Assembly: GCA_963709585.1 (NCBI GenBank)
Contig: CAVPXI010000014.1
Span: 64,001-128,000 of the forward strand
DNA: 64,000 bases
Direction of reading: 5' to 3'
Origin: Candidatus Dormiibacterota bacterium
GTDB lineage: Bacteria > Chloroflexota > Dormibacteria > Aeolococcales > Aeolococcaceae
The notes under the pieces are model-generated. The model saw only the letters and a program-made list of their open reading frames with translations, had not been told where the DNA came from and ran no database searches. A program made the position numbers and the translations under genes. Each line of letters opens with the position of its first letter. The first letter of the stretch is position 1. Shown here in pieces: positions 9,612-21,720 of this stretch.

Positions 9612-10570
9612 CGCCCGGACCGCCGGTACAGCCCCGTGGAGAGGTAGCGATCGCCTCCGTCCGGCAGCACGGTGACGATCACCCCTCGGCCGATCCGCCG
9701 CGCGATCTCGCCGCAGGCCCAGAGTGCCGCGCCGCTCGAATGCCCGGCGAGGATCCCCTCGGCGCGGGCGAGCTTCCGGGCGAGGTCGTACGCGGGCTCG
9801 GTCTCGACGCCGAGGTCCTCGTCGGCGAGCGAGGGGTCATAGATCCCGGGCACGATCGACGTCTCCATGTGCTTCAGGCCTTCGAGGCCGTGCCACGGCT
9901 CGGCGGGCTGCACGCTGATGCACTGCACGTCCGGGTTCATCGCCTTGAGACGCCGGGTCACGCCCATGAAGGTCCCGCTCGTCCCCAGCGCGGCGACAAA
10001 ATGGGTCACGGTGCCGCCGGTCTGCTCCCAGATCTCGGCGCCCGTGCCATCGTAGTGCGCACGCCAGTTGGCATCGTTGTTGTACTGGTCGGGCATGAAG
10101 AACCGGTCCGGGTTCTCGTCATACATGGCGCGAACAAGCCGGATGGCACCGTCGCTTCCCTCGAGCGGATCGCTGTACTCGACCTCGGCCCCAAATGCGC
10201 TGACCAACTGGCGGCGCTCCTCACTCACGTTGCCGGGCATCACCAGGCGTACCCGATATCCCTTCGCTGCTCCGATCATCGCGTACGCGATGCCGGTGTT
10301 GCCGCTGGTGCTGTCCATGATGATGCGCTCTCGAGTGAGCCTCCCGGATCGCTCGCCATCCTCGATCATGCGCAGCGCGGGCCGATCCTTCACCGACCCG
10401 CCGGGGTTGAGGAACTCCGCCTTGGCGTACACGGCCACGTCCGGGCACTCCTCCTCGAACATGCGAACCCGGAGCAGCGGCGTGTTGCCGATACGTTCGG
10501 TGATCGTCTCCCCCATCTCCCTCGGCACGAGCGTCAACGCCGGCTTCGCCGGCGGCTGCGGCGTGGTCAC
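9608..10570 (-). CDS. cysM: cysteine synthase (CysM-like, PLP-dependent)
   Basis: IGNTPL, KAEFLNPGGSVKDR, STSGNTG, LGTSGT, PDGGDRYLS. Confidence 0.88.
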   Translation of the reverse strand: MTTPQPPAKPALTLVPREMGETITERIGNTPLLRVRMFEEECPDVAVYAKAEFLNPGGSVKDRPALRMIEDGERSGRLTRERIIMDSTSGNTGIAYAMIGAAKGYRVRLVMPGNVSEERRQLVSAFGAEVEYSDPLEGSDGAIRLVRAMYDENPDRFFMPDQYNNDANWRAHYDGTGAEIWEQTGGTVTHFVAALGTSGTFMGVTRRLKAMNPDVQCISVQPAEPWHGLEGLKHMETSIVPGIYDPSLADEDLGVETEPAYDLARKLARAEGILAGHSSGAALWACGEIARRIGRGVIVTVLPDGGDRYLSTGLYRRSGR

Positions 10571-10575
10571 GCCCC

Positions 10576-10800
10576 TCAGCTCGCTGCGGCTCCCTGTGCG
10601 ACCCGGAACCCCGCAGAACCGCGCCGCTGGTCCGCGATCACCGCGATGACGGCCTCAGAGCGGACGAGGAACGGCCCGTCCTCGCCCGGAAGCTCGACAA
10701 ACGCCGCGCCACCGTCGGAGGCGTTGAGTTTGGCGATGATCTCCTCGACGGTGAGCTTTACCGAGAGGTCACCACCGTTGGCGAGACGAACGTGTGCCAT
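10576..10800 (-). CDS. small hypothetical protein (74 aa)
   Basis: RBS AGGGAGG precedes ATG, GC3-rich codon usage, and the ORF fills the gap between two operon genes. Confidence 0.7.
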   Translation of the reverse strand: MAHVRLANGGDLSVKLTVEEIIAKLNASDGGAAFVELPGEDGPFLVRSEAVIAVIADQRRGSAGFRVAQGAAAS

Positions 10801-10848
10801 AGCCTCCCTAGAGTACCGGGTCGGCGTGCTCCCGGTCCCGATCCGCCG

Positions 10849-12078
10849 TCAAGCGGCCGACGCGGCGACCATCGCGGAGTCGAACTCCGCCTTCAGGTCA
10901 TCGATGTGCTCGATGCCGACGCTGATGCGCACCAGTCCATCGCCGATGCCGAGCGCGGCACGCTGTTGCGGGGACAGCGCCCGGTGTGAGGTGCTCGCCG
11001 GGTAGCTCACCGTGGTGGCGACATCGCCGAGGCTCGGCGCCAGGCGGATCCCATCGAGACCTCGGATGAAGGCATCCGCGGCTCGTGCGCCGCCGCGAAG
11101 GTCGATGCTGAGCATCGGTCCCCGGCCGCGGGGCAACAGCCGGTCGGCAAGCTCCGCATCCTGGGCGCCGCGTCTCCCGGGGTAATGCACCGCCGCGAGC
11201 TCGCCGCGATCCGCGAAGAACTCGGCGAGCGCCGCGGCGTTCTCGCTGCAGCGCTCGATGCGCAGCCCCGCCGTGCGCAAACCGCGGAGCGCGAGCCACG
11301 CATCGAACGGGGAGAGCGTGCACCCGAGCAGCCGGGCGTTGGCGTCGAGCCAGTCGCTCGCCTCGTGCTCGGTAGCGACGAGGAGGATGCCGCCGCTCAC
11401 GTCGCTGTGGCCGGCGAGGTGCTTGGTGAGGCTGTGCATCACCAGGTCGGCGCCGTGCGCGATCGGCTGGAAGAGGAACGGCGGTGTGAAGGTCGAGTCC
11501 ACGACGCATGCGGCGCCGGCCTGATGCGCCGCGGCAGCGATGGCGGGGACGTCGATGACGCCGATCAGCGGGTTGGTGATCACCTCGGTGACCACGGCGG
11601 CGACGTCGGGACCGAGCACGGCCGCGCACAGCTCGCCGTGACTTCCGCCGCCATTGACGGGGATGTCGACGGTCGACGTCCGCACGCCGAGGTTACCGAG
11701 CGGTCCGGCAAGGAGCGAATCCGTGCCTCCGTAGCAGGGCCGCACCACCACGACCCGCGGGCGCGACGGTGTGACCACGAGCGTCACCGCCAGCAGCAGC
11801 GCCGCCTGGCCGCTCGAGGTCACCCGCGCCACCGGCGCGGCGCGTCCCGGAACCGTCTCGAGCTCGATGATCGCCTCCTCGAGGCGCTGCGGATTGCCGC
11901 CGCCATAGCGGCGGTAGGCGTTCCGCCCCTCCATCGCCTCGTCGACCGACGGGAGATCGGCGTACGCACGCACCGAGGCGAGGCTCATCGGCGCAACCAG
12001 GTCGACGCCGTCGCCGGTGTCGCCACGGCCGAGCCCCGCCCTGGCAGTCGATGTGGTCGGATCGACGCGCCTGGTCAC
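10849..12078 (-). CDS. Cys/Met metabolism PLP-dependent enzyme (cystathionine gamma-synthase/lyase family)
   Basis: SSGQAA, CYGGT, EVITNP, VDSTF, PLP lysine motif HSLTKHLAGHSD, SLGDV, VRISVGIE. Confidence 0.9.
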   Translation of the reverse strand: MTRRVDPTTSTARAGLGRGDTGDGVDLVAPMSLASVRAYADLPSVDEAMEGRNAYRRYGGGNPQRLEEAIIELETVPGRAAPVARVTSSGQAALLLAVTLVVTPSRPRVVVVRPCYGGTDSLLAGPLGNLGVRTSTVDIPVNGGGSHGELCAAVLGPDVAAVVTEVITNPLIGVIDVPAIAAAAHQAGAACVVDSTFTPPFLFQPIAHGADLVMHSLTKHLAGHSDVSGGILLVATEHEASDWLDANARLLGCTLSPFDAWLALRGLRTAGLRIERCSENAAALAEFFADRGELAAVHYPGRRGAQDAELADRLLPRGRGPMLSIDLRGGARAADAFIRGLDGIRLAPSLGDVATTVSYPASTSHRALSPQQRAALGIGDGLVRISVGIEHIDDLKAEFDSAMVAASAA

Positions 12079-12080
12079 GA

Positions 12081-14764
<2,684 letters not shown>

Positions 14765-14866
14765 GCCCGAAGCCTAGTGGGGCGGCCACTCGGGCTGCAT
14801 CCGTTGTAGCCTTGCGCAGCGAACTCTCGTCGTTCCACTCCACGTCTTTCCAGGAGGTCGCCCGTC

Positions 14867-15346
14867 ATGGCCGTTCGAGTCCTGCCCGCTGGGACCATCG
14901 GGATTCCCCTGAACCCCGTACCCGCGCCCGAGCCCCCGCCGCTCGAGGTCGAGGACGACGTCCCGACGCTCCACCTCGTGGGTCGCAGCGAGCAACGCCT
15001 CGCCCAGGCGCTCTTCCAGACCGAGGGCGTCGACGAGCCCGAAAGCCCGGACACAGTCCGCGCGTTGCGCCTGCTGGCGATGGACAACCTCGTCGACATC
15101 ATCCAGTTGCGAGAGGTCGTCGAGGAGCGCGATGCCCAGGTGGCCGCGCTCACCGGCGAGGTCGACATGTGGCGGGCTCGCGCCCTCGAGGAGCATGCCC
15201 ATCGGGGCGTCGAACAGCGCGAGGCCGCGCGCCGCGAGCGCGACCTGATCACCGTGCTGCACAGCGAGCTGGTCCGCAACGAGGTCCTGTCCGGGGAGCT
15301 GGCCTGGCGCCGCACGCCCTGGTTCCGTCGCATCGGCCGGCACTGA
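14867..15346 (+). CDS. hypothetical coiled-coil protein
   Basis: RBS AGGAGG; E/R-rich heptad-like C-terminal half ending WRRTPWFRRIG. Confidence 0.65.
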   Translation: MAVRVLPAGTIGIPLNPVPAPEPPPLEVEDDVPTLHLVGRSEQRLAQALFQTEGVDEPESPDTVRALRLLAMDNLVDIIQLREVVEERDAQVAALTGEVDMWRARALEEHAHRGVEQREAARRERDLITVLHSELVRNEVLSGELAWRRTPWFRRIGRH

Positions 15347-16231
15347 TCAGGACGCGCTCGTCTCCGCCACCGTCCTCGGGCGCACCTGCTCCTCGCTGAT
15401 CTCCCACAGCCGCCTCGCCAGGGTCGGATCCTGCGACTGCCGGCTCGACACGGCGAGCGCCTTGTCCTCGTAGTAGCCGCCACTCTGGTTCGACACGTCG
15501 GGGGAATCGGCGAGCCAGACCAGGGTTTGTGCCGCCTTCCTGGGGCTTCGCGAGAACGGCGCGATGATCACCATCGCCGTGCCCATGAGCGCGCCGTTGT
15601 TGCGGTTGAAACCGGTCGCCACCAGGCCGGGATGGAAGCAGTACGCGGTCACGCCGGTTCCCTCGAGGCGGCGCGCCAGCTCGCGGGTGAACATGATGTT
15701 GGCCAGCTTGGTCTCGCCGTAGCGGGTGAACCCGCGGCCTCTCCACGACCGCTCCGCGTTGAGGTCGTCGAACGGAATGAGCTTTCCCTTGTGCGCATCG
15801 GACGATGTGGTGATGATGCGCGCGGGTGCGGACTGCTTGAGCCGGTCGAGGAGCAGGGTGGTGAGCAGGAACGGCGCGAGGTGGTTGAGCGCCCAGGTGC
15901 GCTCGATGCCGTCGACGGTCAGCGTGCGCGTGGTGAACATCGCACCGGCGTTGTTGACCAGGACATCGATGCGCGGGTAGCGTTCCAGCGCCTCGCTCGT
16001 CAGCGCGCGTACTGACGCCTGCGAGGTCAGGTCGGCGTGGAGCAGGTCGACCTTTGATCCTCCGTCCGCTTCGATGCTCTCCACCGCCGCAGCGCCGCGT
16101 GCGTGGTCGCGCGCGACGATCGCCAGCTGCGCGCCGCGCTGGGCCAGCGCCTGCGCTGCTGCCAGCCCGATTCCCCGCGTGGCGCCGGTGATCAGGATGC
16201 GCTTGTCCCTCACTCCGGTCCACTCAGTCAT
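15347..16231 (-). CDS. SDR family oxidoreductase (retinol dehydrogenase-like)
   Basis: TGATRGIG, LVNNAG, NHLAPFLLT, YGETKLAN, HPGLVAT. Confidence 0.92.
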   Translation of the reverse strand: MTEWTGVRDKRILITGATRGIGLAAAQALAQRGAQLAIVARDHARGAAAVESIEADGGSKVDLLHADLTSQASVRALTSEALERYPRIDVLVNNAGAMFTTRTLTVDGIERTWALNHLAPFLLTTLLLDRLKQSAPARIITTSSDAHKGKLIPFDDLNAERSWRGRGFTRYGETKLANIMFTRELARRLEGTGVTAYCFHPGLVATGFNRNNGALMGTAMVIIAPFSRSPRKAAQTLVWLADSPDVSNQSGGYYEDKALAVSSRQSQDPTLARRLWEISEEQVRPRTVAETSAS

Positions 16232-16265
16232 CGCCCGAGAAGCCTATCAGGGGGCGGGGATCGAC

Positions 16266-17753
16266 TCAGGCGTTGCTGGGAAACGCCAGATCCACCCTGC
16301 CAGGCCCGGGTTCCGGCCAGCGCGAGGTGACCACCTTGGTGCGCGTGTAGAAATGGATCCCGTCCGGTCCATACATGTGCGTATCGCCGAACAGCGACGC
16401 CTTCCATCCCCCCAAGCTGTAGTACGCGACCGGCACCGGGATCGGCACGTTGATGCCGACCATGCCGACCTGCACCTCGAACTGGAACTTGCGCGCCGCG
16501 CCACCGTCGCGCGTGAACAAGGCCACCCCGTTTCCGTACTGATTGTCATTAACCAGGCGGATCGCCTCGTCGTATGTGTCCACGCGCACCACCGAGAGCA
16601 CCGGGCCGAAGATCTCGTCGTCGTAGACCCTGGAGCCGGGGGTGACCCGATCCACGAGCGAGGGTCCGAGAAAGAAGCCGTCGCCATCAGGCGTGTTGGC
16701 GCGCCCGTCGACCACGAGGCGGGCACCACCCAGCGACTGCGCCTCGAGGTAGGTCGCCACCTTGTCTCGATGCTCGCGGGTGACGAGCGGTCCCATCTCC
16801 GAGGTCGGATCGTCGCCCGCGCCGACCTTGACGGCAGGAATGCGCGCCGCGATCGCCGCAACCAGACGCTCGCCGATGTCGCCGACCGCGACCACCGTCG
16901 AGATCGCCATGCAGCGCTCGCCGGCGGACCCGTATCCCGCGGACACCGCCGCGTCGGCAGCGGCGTCGAGGTCGGCGTCGGGCAGGACCACCATGTGGTT
17001 CTTCGCGCCGCCCAGCGCCTGGACACGCTTGCCGTTGCGCGTCCCGGTCTCGTAGATGTGCCGCGCGACCGGCGTCGAGCCGACGAACGAGAGCGCCGCA
17101 ACGTCAGGGTGGTCGAGCAGGCGGTCCACCGCCTCGCGTGCCCCTTGGACTACCGAGAACACCCCGTCGGGAAGTCCCGCGCGGCTCCACAGGTCGGCGA
17201 AGAACAGCGACGGCGACGGGTCCTTCTCGCTCGGCTTGAGGATGAACGTGTTCCCACACGCGATCGCGTTCGCGAACATCCACATCGGAACCATCGCCGG
17301 GAAGTTGAAGGGCGTGATGCCCGCGACCACGCCGAGTGGCTGCCGGATCGAGTACACGTCGACACCGCGTGACGGCTGCTCCGAGAACCCGCCCTTGAGC
17401 AGGTGGGGAACGCCGCACGCGAACTCGACGTTCTCGATGCCGCGAGCCACCTCGCCCCGGGCGTCGGAGAGCACCTTGCCGTGCTCCGAGGTGACGATCG
17501 CCGCGAGGTCGTCGCGATGCCGGTCCAGCAGGTCGCGGAAGGCGAACAGGACCGTCGTCCGCTGCGAGAGCGACGCGGCGCGCCACTCCCGGAACGCTCC
17601 GGCGGCGGTTTCGACGGCGGCGTCGACCTCCGCCGCGGAAGCCAGATCCACCGCGCCGGTCTGCTCCCCGGTGGCCGGGTTGAAGACCGGCCCACGCGTG
17701 CCGGAGGTCCCGGCGACCACCTGGCCACCGATCCAGTGACTGATCCGCTTCAA
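16266..17753 (-). CDS. mmsA: CoA-acylating methylmalonate/malonate-semialdehyde dehydrogenase
   Basis: ITPFNFP, KPSEKDP, FVGSTPVA, GGAKNH, AGERCMA, EIFGPV, GINVPIPVP. TTG start overlaps the coxM-like stop (TTGA). Confidence 0.92.
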   Translation of the reverse strand: MKRISHWIGGQVVAGTSGTRGPVFNPATGEQTGAVDLASAAEVDAAVETAAGAFREWRAASLSQRTTVLFAFRDLLDRHRDDLAAIVTSEHGKVLSDARGEVARGIENVEFACGVPHLLKGGFSEQPSRGVDVYSIRQPLGVVAGITPFNFPAMVPMWMFANAIACGNTFILKPSEKDPSPSLFFADLWSRAGLPDGVFSVVQGAREAVDRLLDHPDVAALSFVGSTPVARHIYETGTRNGKRVQALGGAKNHMVVLPDADLDAAADAAVSAGYGSAGERCMAISTVVAVGDIGERLVAAIAARIPAVKVGAGDDPTSEMGPLVTREHRDKVATYLEAQSLGGARLVVDGRANTPDGDGFFLGPSLVDRVTPGSRVYDDEIFGPVLSVVRVDTYDEAIRLVNDNQYGNGVALFTRDGGAARKFQFEVQVGMVGINVPIPVPVAYYSLGGWKASLFGDTHMYGPDGIHFYTRTKVVTSRWPEPGPGRVDLAFPSNA

Positions 17754-18565
17754 GCGGCCATTGTCGCCTTCTCGAGGGTGCGAGCGGTGAGCACCTCGGC
17801 GAGATGCCGCTTGTACTCGGCGGTTGCCCGGACGTCCCCGGTCGGGTCGATATCCGACCCGCTCTGCGCTGCCGCATCTGCCGCCGAGGCGCCGCCGGCA
17901 AGCGCCTGCTCGACCGCCGCTCCCCGACGCGGCGTCCTTGCCAGGTTCACGTAGCCCACGCGCCACGACGAACCGGTCTCCTGCACCGCAACCCCGGCGA
18001 TCGCCCAGTCGTAGAGCCGGCGGCGGAACTTGGTGTAGGCGAACCGCCCGGTCGTCACCGGGAAGCGCACCGCGGTCACCACCTCGTCGTGCTCGAGCGC
18101 GGTCGTGAAGATGTCGCGGAAGAAATCGCGCGCCTGGTGGCGACGCTTGTTGGTGACGATCTCGGCATCGAGCATCAGTGCGAGCGTGTTGTAGTCGCCG
18201 GCCGCGTCGCCATGCGCCATCACGCCGCCGATGGTCCCGAGATTGCGCACCTGGTTGTCGCCGACATCATTGGCCATCTCCACGAGAATCGGCAAGGTCT
18301 CGCGCAGGATTGCGTTGCGCTGGATGTCGACGTGACGCACCAGCGCACCGATCTCCACGCTGCCGTTGTCGCGGCGAACTTCGTTGAGCCCGGGAATCTT
18401 CTGAATGTCGATCAACGCGGTCGGCTGGCTCAGGCGAAGCCGCATCAGCGGGATGAGGCTCTGACCGCCCGCGATGACCTTGGCGTCGGCGCCGTATTTC
18501 GTCAGCAGCGATTGGGCTTCGTCGACCGAGCCCGGTCGCGCGTACTCGAATGCCGCGGTGATCAT
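17750..18565 (-). CDS. xanthine dehydrogenase family FAD-binding subunit (CoxM-like)
   Basis: FEYARP, IAGGQSLIPLM, QVRNLGTIGG. Confidence 0.92.
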   Translation of the reverse strand: MITAAFEYARPGSVDEAQSLLTKYGADAKVIAGGQSLIPLMRLRLSQPTALIDIQKIPGLNEVRRDNGSVEIGALVRHVDIQRNAILRETLPILVEMANDVGDNQVRNLGTIGGVMAHGDAAGDYNTLALMLDAEIVTNKRRHQARDFFRDIFTTALEHDEVVTAVRFPVTTGRFAYTKFRRRLYDWAIAGVAVQETGSSWRVGYVNLARTPRRGAAVEQALAGGASAADAAAQSGSDIDPTGDVRATAEYKRHLAEVLTARTLEKATMAA

Positions 18566-20901
18566 GCGCGTGCCTCCTTGATCATCGACCAGAGGCGATC
18601 CGGACGGGCCGGCATCTCCACGTGTTTGATGCCGAACGGCGCCAGCGCGTCGGTGATCCCGTTGATCACCGCGATGCTCGACGCGATCGTTCCGGCTTCG
18701 CCGATGCCCTTGACACCCAGCTCGTTGGTCGGGCTCGGGGTCACCGTCCGATCCAGCTCGAAGTGCGGCATCTCCGCCATGGTCGGAACGAGGTAGTCGA
18801 GCATGGTGCCGGTGAGCATCTGCCCGGTCTCATCATCGTACTGCACCTCCTCGAACAGCGCCTGGGAGATGCCCTGGGCGATCCCGCCGTGGAGCTGCCC
18901 GTCGACCACCATCGGGTTGATGACGTTGCCGCAGTCGTCGACCGCGACGTAGCGATCGATGGTCACGGCCCCGGTCTCGGGATCGACTTCGACGGCGCAG
19001 ATGTGGCAGCCGAACGGCCAGACGAAGTTCGGCGGATCGAAATACGACACCGCCTCGAGCCCGTGCTCCATGCCTTCGGGAAGACCGGCGCCGTACGAGG
19101 CAAACGCCAGCTCAGCCAGGGCTTTCGCCTCGCCCGGGTTGCCGCGCACGAAGTAGCGCCCCTGGTCGACGACGATATCCTCTTCGGACGCCTCGAACGC
19201 ATGCGCGGCCAGCTTCTTTGCCTTATCGACGACCTTGTGGCACGACGCCATGATCGCCATGCCGCCGACTGCGAGGCTGCGCGATCCGTAGGTGCCGTAG
19301 CCGAACGGGGTGTCACCGGTGTCACCGTGGTGGATCTCCACCGAGTCGTAGGGGACACCGAGCGTGTCGGCGACGATCTGCGCGAACGTCGTCTCGTGGC
19401 CCTGGCCGTGGGAGTGCGTTCCCACCGACACGGTCACCGACCCCGTCGGATGCACCCGCACCATCGAGGATTCGACTAGTGCGACACCGGCCGCGGGCGC
19501 CGTCGCCGCGCTCGGACCGATCCCGCAGATCTCGACGTAGGTGCTGAACCCGATCCCCGTGTATCGGCCCTTCGCCCGCAATTCCTCCTGGCGCTTGCGC
19601 AGCGCCGGGTAGTCGATGTTGGCCATCGCGCGATCCATCGACTTCGCGTAGTCGCCGGAGTCGTACACGAGGCCGAAGTTGTTGGTGTGCGGGAAGCTCT
19701 TGATGAAGTTCTTGCGCCGGACCTCTGCCGGGTCCATGCCGATCTCGAGCGCGACGAGGTCGACGATTCGCTCGACCAGATGCGTGGCTTCGGGGCGCCC
19801 GGCGCCGCGATACGGATCGGTCGACATGCGGTTGGTGAAGATACCGATGCTCCGCGCGTTGATCGCCTTCCACTCGTAGCATCCGCCACCGAGCAGGCAC
19901 GCGACCACCTGGAAGGCACTGAAGACTCCGTGGTACGCGCCAATGTCGAGCAATTGCGTGAACTTCAGACCCAGCAGCGTGCCGTCGCGATTTGCTGCCA
20001 CCTCCACGTCGAAGATCTGCCCGCGTCCGTGCGTCGTGGCCTGCAAGCTCTCGGTACGGTCCTCGATCCACTTCACGGGTCGCTCAATGATTTTCGACGC
20101 CGCAGTGGCGAGGTATTCCTCCGGGTACGGCCGGATCTTCGACCCGAATCCCCCACCGACGTCGTGGCTGACGACCCGGAACTGCAACTCGGGCACGCCG
20201 AGCGCACCACCTACGAAGAGCCGCACGAAGTGGGGCACCTGCGTCGACGTCCACAACGTCACGCGGTTGTCGTAGGGAACGTAGTCGGCGACGCAGCCTC
20301 GCGTCTCCATCGGCGTGGGGAACACCCGCTGCTGGCCGATCCGCTGCTTGAGAACGATCTCAGCCTCGGCGAAGACGGCGTCGATGTCGCCGGCGGGAAA
20401 CGCGGCGTCCCACCCGATGTTATCGGGTCGATCGCTCTTCACCAGCGGGCTGCCCGGCGCCATCGCCTTCTCCATGTCCATGACGGCTGGGAGGGGCTCG
20501 TAGTCGACTACGACCAGCTGGGCTGCATCGTCTGCGAGGTATCGATCCTCAGCGATCACCACCGCGACCGGCTCGCCGGCGTAGGCGACCTCGTCTGCCG
20601 CGATGGGGAACTGCTCGGGCACCTGCTTCTTGTCGGGGACAAAGGAGTTGCTGACCGGCAGCGGCCCGAGGATGACGCCTTTGAAGTCGGCGGCGGTGAG
20701 CACCGCCACGACCCCTTTCGCCGCCCGCGCCCCGGACGTGTCGATCGAGCGGATGCGAGCGTGCGCGTGCGGGCTGCGCACGATCGACATGTGCGCCATG
20801 TTCACGAGGTTGACGTCGTCGATGAAGTTGCCGTGCCCGGTGATGAGCTTGGGATCCTCACGACGCTGGATGCGCGCCCCGATCATGGAGGTGACAGCCA
20901 C
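18562..20901 (-). CDS. molybdopterin-binding large subunit, form II CoxL-like (not form I CO dehydrogenase)
   Basis: VGGGFGSK, HGQGHET, GTYGSRS, KGIGEAG. The active-site loop is PYRGAGR (form II AYRGAGR type), not AYxCSFR. Confidence 0.9.
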   Translation of the reverse strand: MAVTSMIGARIQRREDPKLITGHGNFIDDVNLVNMAHMSIVRSPHAHARIRSIDTSGARAAKGVVAVLTAADFKGVILGPLPVSNSFVPDKKQVPEQFPIAADEVAYAGEPVAVVIAEDRYLADDAAQLVVVDYEPLPAVMDMEKAMAPGSPLVKSDRPDNIGWDAAFPAGDIDAVFAEAEIVLKQRIGQQRVFPTPMETRGCVADYVPYDNRVTLWTSTQVPHFVRLFVGGALGVPELQFRVVSHDVGGGFGSKIRPYPEEYLATAASKIIERPVKWIEDRTESLQATTHGRGQIFDVEVAANRDGTLLGLKFTQLLDIGAYHGVFSAFQVVACLLGGGCYEWKAINARSIGIFTNRMSTDPYRGAGRPEATHLVERIVDLVALEIGMDPAEVRRKNFIKSFPHTNNFGLVYDSGDYAKSMDRAMANIDYPALRKRQEELRAKGRYTGIGFSTYVEICGIGPSAATAPAAGVALVESSMVRVHPTGSVTVSVGTHSHGQGHETTFAQIVADTLGVPYDSVEIHHGDTGDTPFGYGTYGSRSLAVGGMAIMASCHKVVDKAKKLAAHAFEASEEDIVVDQGRYFVRGNPGEAKALAELAFASYGAGLPEGMEHGLEAVSYFDPPNFVWPFGCHICAVEVDPETGAVTIDRYVAVDDCGNVINPMVVDGQLHGGIAQGISQALFEEVQYDDETGQMLTGTMLDYLVPTMAEMPHFELDRTVTPSPTNELGVKGIGEAGTIASSIAVINGITDALAPFGIKHVEMPARPDRLWSMIKEARA

Positions 20902-20903
20902 GG

Positions 20904-21431
20904 TCAGTCCTCCACCGGAGCAGCGGCGGATCCGACCAGCTCACGCGCCGTCTCACCGGCGCCGCCCTTCATCGCCTCGGACGCGGATCGCACCGCCTTC
21001 CTGATGTTCTCGTAGCCGGTGCAGCGACACAGGTTGCCCTCCAGTCCCCGCTCGATCTCCTCGTCGGTGGGCGATGGGTTCTGCTTCAGGAGATAGGCGG
21101 CAGCCATGAGGAACCCAGGAGTGCAGAAGCCGCACTGCAGCCCGTGCTCGTTCCAGAACGCCTGCTGCACGGGATGGAGGGTGCCATCCTCGGCAAGCCC
21201 CTCGACGGTCGTGACCTGGCGCCCGTCTGCCTGGACCGCGAAGACGCTGCACGATTTCACCGCCTCGCCGTCGATCAGAACTGTGCAGGCCCCGCACTGG
21301 CTGGTATCGCAGGCAATGTGGGTTCCGGTGAGACCGGCCACCTCGCGCAGGTAGTGCACAAGGAGCAGACGGGGCTCGACGTAGTCCTCCCTCAGCCTTC
21401 CGTTGATAGTCAGCGCGACGGGCTGCGTCAT
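20904..21431 (-). CDS. (2Fe-2S)-binding small subunit (CoxS-like)
   Basis: CDTSQCGACTV...SC and QCGFCTPG...NLCRCTGY. Confidence 0.95.
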   Translation of the reverse strand: MTQPVALTINGRLREDYVEPRLLLVHYLREVAGLTGTHIACDTSQCGACTVLIDGEAVKSCSVFAVQADGRQVTTVEGLAEDGTLHPVQQAFWNEHGLQCGFCTPGFLMAAAYLLKQNPSPTDEEIERGLEGNLCRCTGYENIRKAVRSASEAMKGGAGETARELVGSAAAPVED

Positions 21432-21572
21432 GGAATTCCTCCCGGACCGAAAGGCAAACGCGTTAGGCCTCATGCTGGCATTCGCTCAGGGGAAGGGTCA
21501 AGCGCGTTGATCGCGTAGTGCCTGCCCGCAAATACAGGGCGGAACCAGCCTGGTGATGCCGCGGCTGCGAGG

Positions 21573-21680
21573 TGTGGACAATTGGAGCCTGTCAGGTGCG
21601 GCCAATCGCCGGGGGCAACCCGTCAGAAGTGCCGTTTGGTCGGCGCGTCTGTGGACATGACCTCGGCGAAAGTCCACAAT
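21573..21680. promoter_or_regulatory. putative operator between divergent coxS-like and ABC genes
   Basis: TGTGGAC(21650-56)-N15-GTCCACA(21672-78) inverted repeat, plus a third copy TGTGGACAAT at 21573-82. Confidence 0.4.
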
Positions 21681-21720
21681 GGCGCCCACCTATCCAGTTC
21701 GCAGGCTTTGGGGGTCTCGC

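Noticed and set aside
10576-10800. CysO/MoaD sulfur carrier
   Set aside because: There is no C-terminal Gly-Gly and no ubiquitin-like signature.
18562-20901. Aerobic CO dehydrogenase (form I) / atmospheric CO oxidation
   Set aside because: The active-site loop is PYRGAGR, not AYxCSFR; gene order is SLM; no accessory cox genes are present.
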